From NCBI GenBank assembly GCA_004431415.1, contig QPMI01000266.1, positions 15,457 through 79,456 of the forward strand: a DNA stretch of 64,000 bases, read 5' to 3'. The translations under genes were made by a program, and so were the position numbers. This document shows, piece after piece, positions 55,155-64,000 of this stretch. The DNA comes from Cyanophora paradoxa CCMP329. Its lineage: Eukaryota; Plantae; Glaucophyta. Below the pieces are notes generated by a model. That model was given only the letters and a program-made list of their open reading frames with translations. It was not told the DNA's origin and made no database searches. Position 1 is the stretch's first letter, and each line of letters starts with the position of its first letter.

Positions 55155-57152
55155 CTAATTTTTTAATGATGAACCAATTACTGCTAGAATAAATATTAAA
55201 ACTAAATTAGTTGAAACATACAACATTTTCTGTATTATTACAATAACAGTAAATAAAGTTATTGTAATACCTAATAGTATTATAAATAAATAATGATACA
55301 TTAGGCCAGATTGTATGCTACTTATGTTCTTTGATAAATACGTAAAATTTGTTATTAATCCAGTTGGTCCAAATATTTCTAGTATACCACGATCAATGAA
55401 TTTAAATGTAATTTTATACCCAAAAGATATAATCGGTAACGCAATAAATTCATTATAGATTTTATCAAAATACCAACGTTTATTTAAAAAAGTATAAAAT
55501 TTTATGTAAAATATTTTTACTATAAATATTTTTTTAATTAAAAAATTATAAAAGCAGAATGCAATAATTAACCCCCCAAAACTAAAAACAACAGGTGTTA
55601 ATTTATTATAAACTGGAATAAATTCAGATTCTAAAACAAAATTATTTTCCGGTAAAATAAAAATCGAATTATTCCAAAACGATGTTCCTACCCCAATAAA
55701 CATATCACGAAAAAGATAACCTACAAAAATACTAGCTAAAGCCAAAACACCAAGCGGAAATGTTATAAAAAAATTACTTTCTGATGCATGACTATAAGTG
55801 TGCTTATATCCATTTGGTTTTGCTAAAAATGCCCAAAAAATAAGCCTAAATGAATAGAATGCTGTACAAAATGCCGATAATACACCTAAAATATATGCAA
55901 ATGTACCTTTAATTAAATAAGTTGAAAATGTTAACTCTAGAATCATATCCTTAGAATAAAAACCAGTTAAAAAAGGAAATCCGGTCAATGATAAAGAACC
56001 AACTAATAACATAGAATAACTAAATGGTAATATATAAGCTAATCCACCCATTTTTCTAAAATCTTGCTCATCATGTACTGCATGTATCAAAGAACCTGCA
56101 GTTAAAAAAAGAAGAGCTTTAAAAAAAGCATGATTTGCTAAATGAAATAAACTTGTTGAGTAACCAGAAATACCACAAACAAAAACCATATAACCTAATT
56201 GACTACAGGTTGAATACGCTATTACACGCTTAGCATCATTTTGTAATAAACCAGTAGTTGCTGCAAAAAACGCAGTTAAAGCACCTAAAATTGTTAAAAT
56301 GTCAAGAGCAGTCTCCGAAAATTCAAATAAAAATGAACAACGAATAATTAAGAATACACCTGCTGTAACCATTGTTGCTGCGTGTATCAATGCTGATACC
56401 GGTGTTGGACCTTCCATAGCATCAGGCAACCAAGTATGTAGCCCAATTTGAGCAGATTTACCAACAGCACCAATAAATAATAGTAAGCAAATACAAGTAA
56501 TTAAATTTATTTTTATATTAAAAAAATAAAATGAATTATCCACAAATAGTAAAATGCTTGAAAAAATCACATGATAATCAAGACTTTTACATACATAAAA
56601 AAGAGCCATAATTCCTAAACTAAGTCCAAAATCACCTATTCTATTCATAACCATTGCTTTTAAAGCCGCTTTATTTGCTTGTATACGATTAAAAAAGAAA
56701 TTGATTAATAAATATGAACACAATCCAACACCTTCCCATCCAACAAACATCTGTACCATATTATCTGCTGTTACCAAAATTAACATAAAAAATGTAAAGA
56801 ATGACAAATAACTCATGAAACGACCTAAATGTGGATCAGATCCCATATATTCAATTGAATAAAAATGAACTAAAAAACTAATAGAGGTAACCACAATAAG
56901 CATTGTGCAAGTTACACTATCAAATAAAAATCCCCAAAATACTATTAAATTCTCACCGAATAACCACGGTAATGTTTGAATATAACATGAATTTTGCAAT
57001 AATGCAATATAGTAAAAACTTTTTATTGATAAAATAAACGTAAATCCTAAAAGACTGGTGCATATATATGCAGCGTATTTATTTCCAATAAAACGAACAA
57101 AAAAAGCGACTAGTGCGCTTATAAGTGGTAAGAAAACAAGTGTAAGATACAT
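55155..57152 (-). CDS. nad5: NADH dehydrogenase subunit 5 (overlap copy, intact)
   Basis: 665 aa. Confidence 0.98.
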   Translation of the reverse strand: MYLTLVFLPLISALVAFFVRFIGNKYAAYICTSLLGFTFILSIKSFYYIALLQNSCYIQTLPWLFGENLIVFWGFLFDSVTCTMLIVVTSISFLVHFYSIEYMGSDPHLGRFMSYLSFFTFFMLILVTADNMVQMFVGWEGVGLCSYLLINFFFNRIQANKAALKAMVMNRIGDFGLSLGIMALFYVCKSLDYHVIFSSILLFVDNSFYFFNIKINLITCICLLLFIGAVGKSAQIGLHTWLPDAMEGPTPVSALIHAATMVTAGVFLIIRCSFLFEFSETALDILTILGALTAFFAATTGLLQNDAKRVIAYSTCSQLGYMVFVCGISGYSTSLFHLANHAFFKALLFLTAGSLIHAVHDEQDFRKMGGLAYILPFSYSMLLVGSLSLTGFPFLTGFYSKDMILELTFSTYLIKGTFAYILGVLSAFCTAFYSFRLIFWAFLAKPNGYKHTYSHASESNFFITFPLGVLALASIFVGYLFRDMFIGVGTSFWNNSIFILPENNFVLESEFIPVYNKLTPVVFSFGGLIIAFCFYNFLIKKIFIVKIFYIKFYTFLNKRWYFDKIYNEFIALPIISFGYKITFKFIDRGILEIFGPTGLITNFTYLSKNISSIQSGLMYHYLFIILLGITITLFTVIVIIQKMLYVSTNLVLIFILAVIGSSLKN

Positions 57153-57248
57153 GGTTTAATTTTAGATTAAAAAATATATATTAATTAATTTATTAAATTC
57201 ACTACTACTTGAAAAAAAAAATATAATAATATAAAAAACATAGTATTT

Positions 57249-57322
57249 TGGGCTTAAGTAGACTTGAACTACTGGCTTTACGCTTATCAGGCGTATACTC
57301 TAACCAACTGAGTTATAAGCCC
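57249..57322 (-). tRNA. trnI: tRNA-Ile(GAU) (overlap copy)
   Basis: Copy of 5708-5781. Confidence 0.9.
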
Positions 57323-57361
57323 AAAATGGTAAAAATAAATTATCTTTTATAAAATAAAAAA

Positions 57362-58117
57362 TTAATGTAAATAAATTACATCATTTAAATATATACAAAT
57401 TAATACGCTAAAAACATACGCCTGTAAAACGGCAACCCCCAATTCTAAGACATAAATAGCTGTTATTATAATAATAGGGACTATTTCAAGCATATAAAAA
57501 ATACCACCAATTTGTAACATAATATATGCAAAACCGGCTAAAATTTTTACAAGTGCATGTCCTGCCATCATATTTGCAAAAAGTCGAATAGCTAAACTAA
57601 ATCCACGAGATATATAACTAATGGATTCAATAACAAAAAGGAGTGGTAATAGTATTATAGGTACACCTTTTGGTATAAATAAAAGTAAGAATCTAATCCC
57701 ATGAGTATAAATACCATAAATTGTTAACCCTATAAAAAATGATAAAGATAACCCTAATGTTATAATAATATGACTTGTAAATGTAAAAGAAAACGGAACC
57801 ATTCCGATTAAATTACCTAAAGCAATAAATAAAAATAAAGTAAATACTAAAGGAAAAAACAATCTTCCCTTTTTGCCATTAATTTCAGTTACTAAATTGA
57901 TAAATAAAAAATCATAAATTGATTCTACAAATACTTGCCAACGATCGGGAAAAACTTTTTTAAAGCTTATTGCGCCGCCTGCAATAAGTAGTAAACAAAA
58001 ACATGTTAATAGCATATAGAACGATGAATTTGTTAGTGAGATAGTGTATTTTGGTCCAAATAGGCTAAATGGAAATAATGTAACTATATTGAATTGTTCA
58101 ATGGGGTTTGATAACAT
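57362..58117 (-). CDS. atp6: ATP synthase subunit 6 (overlap copy, intact)
   Basis: 251 aa ending LQAYVF...YLH. Confidence 0.98.
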   Translation of the reverse strand: MLSNPIEQFNIVTLFPFSLFGPKYTISLTNSSFYMLLTCFCLLLIAGGAISFKKVFPDRWQVFVESIYDFLFINLVTEINGKKGRLFFPLVFTLFLFIALGNLIGMVPFSFTFTSHIIITLGLSLSFFIGLTIYGIYTHGIRFLLLFIPKGVPIILLPLLFVIESISYISRGFSLAIRLFANMMAGHALVKILAGFAYIMLQIGGIFYMLEIVPIIIITAIYVLELGVAVLQAYVFSVLICIYLNDVIYLH

Positions 58118-58205
58118 AAATTTTAATTATAACTATTAGAAATAAACATAAGAATATATGTAAAAAAAAAAATATATATATATATACATAATTATATACA
58201 TAATC

Positions 58206-58640
58206 ATGATTAACAAATTGAAAATAATATCGCCTCATTTAAATATATACAATTTAGAATTGCAATCAGGATTATCTATATTAAATAGAATTTGTGGTTT
58301 AATACTAACGTTATTTATATTTTATTTCATAATAATGGATACTTTATTATATGAAACTTTTATAATTACTCATTTTTCATATATTCTTTATTATTTATTT
58401 GACTTAATACAGGAAGAATATGAATTTACTATTGGTGTGACAATGAGTTTAATCATACTAATACATTTCTTTTGTGGAATTCGCCATATAATCTGGGATT
58501 TAAATATAGGTTTAACAAAAAAAGCATTAAAAATCAGTCATTTAATAATTATTACTATTATTTTAACTTCGCTTACACTTGATGTTTTTTTCCAAACATT
58601 ATTTACTTTAATAGATAATAACTATTTTGAATTAGAATAA
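58206..58640 (+). CDS. sdh3: Succinate dehydrogenase subunit 3 (overlap copy)
   Basis: Identical protein. Confidence 0.92.
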   Translation: MINKLKIISPHLNIYNLELQSGLSILNRICGLILTLFIFYFIIMDTLLYETFIITHFSYILYYLFDLIQEEYEFTIGVTMSLIILIHFFCGIRHIIWDLNIGLTKKALKISHLIIITIILTSLTLDVFFQTLFTLIDNNYFELE

Positions 58641-58671
58641 TACTAAGAATTTGTTTTTTCCAATTTATTTT

Positions 58672-59046
58672 ATGCCAACAATAAATCAATTAACTATAAA
58701 TCGAAGACACAAAAAAAAAAAAAAAAGTAAATCACCTGCATTAAAAAAATCACCCCAAAAAAAGGGGGTTTGTCTACAAGTAAGAATAACTACACCAAAA
58801 AAACCTAATTCTGCAAAAAGGAAAGTTGCTCGAATAAAGCTTAAAAATAACAGAACAATAACGGCATATATACCTGGGGAAGGCCACAATTTACAGCGTT
58901 ATTCTAATGTACTAGTTCGCGGTGGGCGTGTAAAAGATTTACCTGGGGTAAAATATCATATAATACGTGGTAAATTTGATCTGGTAGGAGTGAAAAATAG
59001 ACGATCTAGCCGTTCTAAATATGGTATTAGGAAAAGGATGTATTAA
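58672..59046 (+). CDS. rps12: Ribosomal protein S12 (overlap copy, intact)
   Basis: MPTINQL...SKYG. Confidence 0.96.
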   Translation: MPTINQLTINRRHKKKKKSKSPALKKSPQKKGVCLQVRITTPKKPNSAKRKVARIKLKNNRTITAYIPGEGHNLQRYSNVLVRGGRVKDLPGVKYHIIRGKFDLVGVKNRRSSRSKYGIRKRMY

Positions 59047-59106
59047 TATTTTTTATTTTAATTTCCTATAAAAATAATTTATAAATTCATTTAGTATAAT
59101 AAAACA

Positions 59107-59532
59107 ATGATTAGCTCAAAATTTTTGGTACTAAAAATTATCAATAATTTAACAAAAAATGGAAAAAAATTCATGGCTGAACGAGTGATGTGTAACTTAC
59201 TTAATTTATTACAAAAAAAATATAATATAAATCCAATAAAAATTTTATGGATTGTTTTAAAAAAAATAAAACCAAGTGTTGAAATGATCAATAGACGTAA
59301 AAGCGGTAAGATCTATCAAATACCAAAAATTATAAAACCAAAAAGACAGCTTAAAATAGCAATTAAATGGCTATTTAATAATAACTATTCACAAAAAAAA
59401 AATACATTAGAATATAATTTATTCAATGAAATCAATGGTATTATTAATCTAAAAAGTGAATGTTTAAAAAAAAAAGAAAAACTTCACCGATTAGCGGAAT
59501 CCAATAGAATTTACTTGCATTATCGTTGGTAA
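59107..59532 (+). CDS. rps7: Ribosomal protein S7 (overlap copy, intact)
   Basis: 141 aa. Confidence 0.94.
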   Translation: MISSKFLVLKIINNLTKNGKKFMAERVMCNLLNLLQKKYNINPIKILWIVLKKIKPSVEMINRRKSGKIYQIPKIIKPKRQLKIAIKWLFNNNYSQKKNTLEYNLFNEINGIINLKSECLKKKEKLHRLAESNRIYLHYRW

Positions 59533-59579
59533 TTGTAAAATAATTACTAAAAACTATATACATACAGCAGAATTAATAT

Positions 59580-59903
59580 ATGATCAAAATTTACATTTTC
59601 TCACATTACTTTTTAGCGATAAATTTTTTTGTAAAAACAATAACCTATTGTTTAAGCTTAAAAAAAATACCTTTTAAAGTATACCCTCAACCAAAAAAGT
59701 GTTCAATATTGACTACATTAAGATCCCCTCATGTAAATAAAAATTCAATGGAACATTTTAAAATAGAAAAATTTAAATATATAATCGAAATTAATAACAT
59801 AAACAACAAAATATCTAAAAAAATTTTTAACAAATTATATTATTATTGTCCAGCTGGTTTAACTTTTTATATTAAATATCAAACAAATGAGTTTAAAAAA
59901 TAA
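59580..59903 (+). CDS. rps10: Ribosomal protein S10 (overlap copy)
   Basis: Identical protein. Confidence 0.92.
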   Translation: MIKIYIFSHYFLAINFFVKTITYCLSLKKIPFKVYPQPKKCSILTTLRSPHVNKNSMEHFKIEKFKYIIEINNINNKISKKIFNKLYYYCPAGLTFYIKYQTNEFKK

Positions 59904-59919
59904 ATAATTTAATAATTTT

Positions 59920-59991
59920 GGGTGTATAGCTCAGTAGGTAGAGCATTTGACTTTTAATCAAGTGGTCTTAGGTTCAACCCTAATACACCCA
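59920..59991 (+). tRNA. trnK: tRNA-Lys(UUU) (overlap copy)
   Basis: Copy of 8373-8445, one C missing. Confidence 0.87.
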
Positions 59992-60032
59992 AAATAAAAG
60001 ATATTTTTAATACTGTAACATATATTTTAATT

Positions 60033-60114
60033 ACTTCTATGGTGAAACTGGTAGACACAAAAAACTCAAAATTTTTTGCCGAAAGGTGTGTTGGTTCAAA
60101 TCCGACTAGAAGTA
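60033..60114 (+). tRNA. trnL: tRNA-Leu(CAA) (overlap copy)
   Basis: Copy of 8487-8568. Confidence 0.88.
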
Positions 60115-60198
60115 ATTTATTTTAATATTTCTTTATTATATATAAATACAGTTTAGTCGTAATTTTGACTAAACTGTATTATATTTATTTAATTTAAA

Positions 60199-61796
<1,598 letters not shown>

Positions 61797-61854
61797 AGTT
61801 TATATATATAACAATATTTCATATTGTTAATTATAATGTTTTCATTATAATTTT

Positions 61855-61928
61855 TCAGGGTGGAAGGATTTGAACCTTCGACCTTCTGTACCCAAAACAG
61901 TTACGCTAACCAAACTGCGCTACACCCG
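61855..61928 (-). tRNA. trnP: tRNA-Pro(UGG) (overlap copy)
   Basis: Copy of 10315-10389. Confidence 0.87.
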
Positions 61929-62011
61929 ATATTTAGATAAAATGATAATATTTTTTTATTATACTAAGATATACTGGCAATATTATTATGATTATAATAC
62001 TATTTAATTTG

Positions 62012-63514
62012 TTAAATTGACATGATTATAATATCTAATAGAACATTAGGCATAAAAGAAAAAAAGTATAAATAATAAAATTAATCCTAATATAATGATT
62101 TTTCACGATCTATATCTAATAGAATTGAATAATTATTTATTTTTTCAAAATACATGCTTTTATCACGCGCAAATAATAAACAAGAAACGGCACTAGTTAG
62201 TATTCCTACAAGTGATAAAAATATTTTTCTTGTGTTATTGCTGCAATAAAAATATATAATTTTGCAAAAAATCCAGCTAAGGGCGTATACCACCATTGAT
62301 AATAGATAAGTGTTAACTTAAGCTAATATAGGATTAATAATATTTAAGGCTTTTATATCTGTAATGTATTTAAGTAAGTTACTCCAAAAGTTTTACGTAA
62401 TGAAAGTAATATTAAAAAAAAAGCAATAGATGTTGTTATATAAACTATAATATACAAAATTGTTGCTTGAAAACCTTCTAAACCATAAACAATTAAATAC
62501 AATCCAATTAATATATAGCCGATATTAGTAATTGTACTATATGCTGCAAGTCTTTTTAGTCGTTTTTGATATAAAGCTCCAAATGAGCCAATAATTAAAG
62601 ATAGTATAGCAGTTATAAAAAAAATGTTAGAATTTATATCTAAATTAAACAATATCGGAAAAAAAGGTATTGTTATTAATTTTATTAAAAAAAAAATACT
62701 GCCTATTTTTGAAGCAGTAGATAAATACGCTGTAATAGATGTGGGTGATCCTTCGTAAACATCCGGTGCCCATATATGGAATGGTGCTGCATTTATTTTA
62801 AATAAAAAACCAATAATAATTAAAATATTTGCGAATAATAAACCTGATAATTCATAAGTATCATGTGTAATTATGTTATTATTTCGAAATTCAAAAAAAT
62901 ATATTGAAAAAAAAACGTTTATTTTATCAAAATATAATGTACCCGAAATTCCATAAATTAAGCTTAATCCAAATAGCAAAATACCTGAGGAAAAAGCACT
63001 TAAAATCAAAATTTAATACTTGCTTCTAAAACTTTTTTCAGAATTTCTTTTTATAGCTTTAAATATACATAGCTAATGTTGTAGTTCTAATGCCATATAG
63101 CGGAAAATAAATTAAAGGAATTAATTAATAAAATAGAAGCAATAATACAAAACTCAATAATACCAATATTCATATTGATTAATTTTTCATTTTTTACATA
63201 ATTAAGAGAAGAAAATAAAACAATAATTGAATTATAAAACAAAAAAATTTTAGTAAATGTATAAAACCCATTTAGTTGTAAAACTTTATCAATAAAAAAA
63301 TATTTTGTAAATTATACTATCTATAAGTAATAATATATATATGCTTGCGCTTAAAATTAAAAGCCATATTGCATTTTAATTAAAATGGGTTGTTTAGTAC
63401 TAGAAGATAAATTATACCAAAAAAGGCCAAAAACCAGAAGTATTAAAATATTTATACAAAAATAGAATTAGTATAAAAATATATAAAATGATTGTAATGA
63501 AATAAATATGACAT
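62012..63514 (-). CDS. nad2: NADH dehydrogenase subunit 2 (overlap copy, many indel errors)
   Basis: Copy of 10477-12003. Confidence 0.9.
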
Positions 63515-63561
63515 ATAGAGTTTTCAGTATTAATATAATAAATATTAAATAATAAAATATA

Positions 63562-63633
63562 AGGCTAAAAAGAGAATTGAACCTTTATTCTAAAATTTGC
63601 AATTTTATACATTACCAATTATGTTATTTAGCC
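63562..63633 (-). tRNA. trnC: tRNA-Cys(GCA) (overlap copy)
   Basis: Copy of 12052-12123. Confidence 0.85.
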
Positions 63634-63723
63634 GGAATATTATAGATTTATATTAATACTTATATATAAAATGTTATGTTTTTTGTATACTGTATATAAT
63701 TAAAATACTAATTCTTATTTTAT

Positions 63724-63795
63724 TGGGATATAGCCAAGTGGTAAGGCTACGGATTTTGAATTCGTTATTCAAAGGTTCGAATCCTTTTATCCCAT
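63724..63795 (+). tRNA. trnQ: tRNA-Gln(UUG) (overlap copy)
   Basis: Copy of 12214-12285. Confidence 0.88.
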
Positions 63796-63831
63796 TTCTA
63801 ATTTTGTTATATTAAAAAATTCATAATAAAA

Positions 63832-63904
63832 ATGCTTGTAGCTCAACAGGATAGAGCAACAGATTACGAAATTGAGGTTGAGAGTTCAAATCTTTCCAAG
63901 CATG
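63832..63904 (+). tRNA. trnR: tRNA-Arg(ACG) (overlap copy)
   Basis: Copy of 12322-12395. Confidence 0.8.
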
Positions 63905-64000
63905 CTTCTATTAAAACACGTATATATAATAAAATTTTTTGTACTTAATTATTTATTAATAATTAAATATTTGAATATAAATAATTATATATTATATAAT

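Overview
AT-rich, intron-free, gene-dense protist mitochondrial genome read about 1.24 times. Positions 1-12497 recur at 51542-64000, so the unit circle is about 51.54 kb and the two copies differ mainly by homopolymer indels, as expected for an untrimmed long-read assembly. The genetic code is standard (trnW-CCA, TGG for Trp). Recognised genes: cox1-3, cob, nad1-7, nad4L, nad9, a C-terminal-only nad11, atp4/6/8/9 (no atp1), sdh3/4, rps3/4/7/10/11/12/13/14/19, rpl2/5/6/14/16, rns, rnl, rrn5 and tRNAs for every amino acid except Thr. Size, gene set and the duplicated nad9-cox3-rns block suggest a glaucophyte, most likely Cyanophora paradoxa (inference from recalled features, not a database hit). 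Unexplained or overlooked content: (i) a 52% GC, highly structured tRNA/tmRNA-like element just upstream of rnl (33158-33367) with TGT at the anticodon position; (ii) a hidden 57-aa rpl31-like gene below the ORF-track cutoff, plus rpl19- and rpl10-like ORFs; (iii) three families of orphan ORFs embedded among pseudogene fragments of cob, cox2, nad4L and rns, one fused to the cob N-terminus; (iv) a 5.2-kb direct repeat whose copies are decaying reciprocally; (v) a 5S rRNA locus that can fold in a permuted form.
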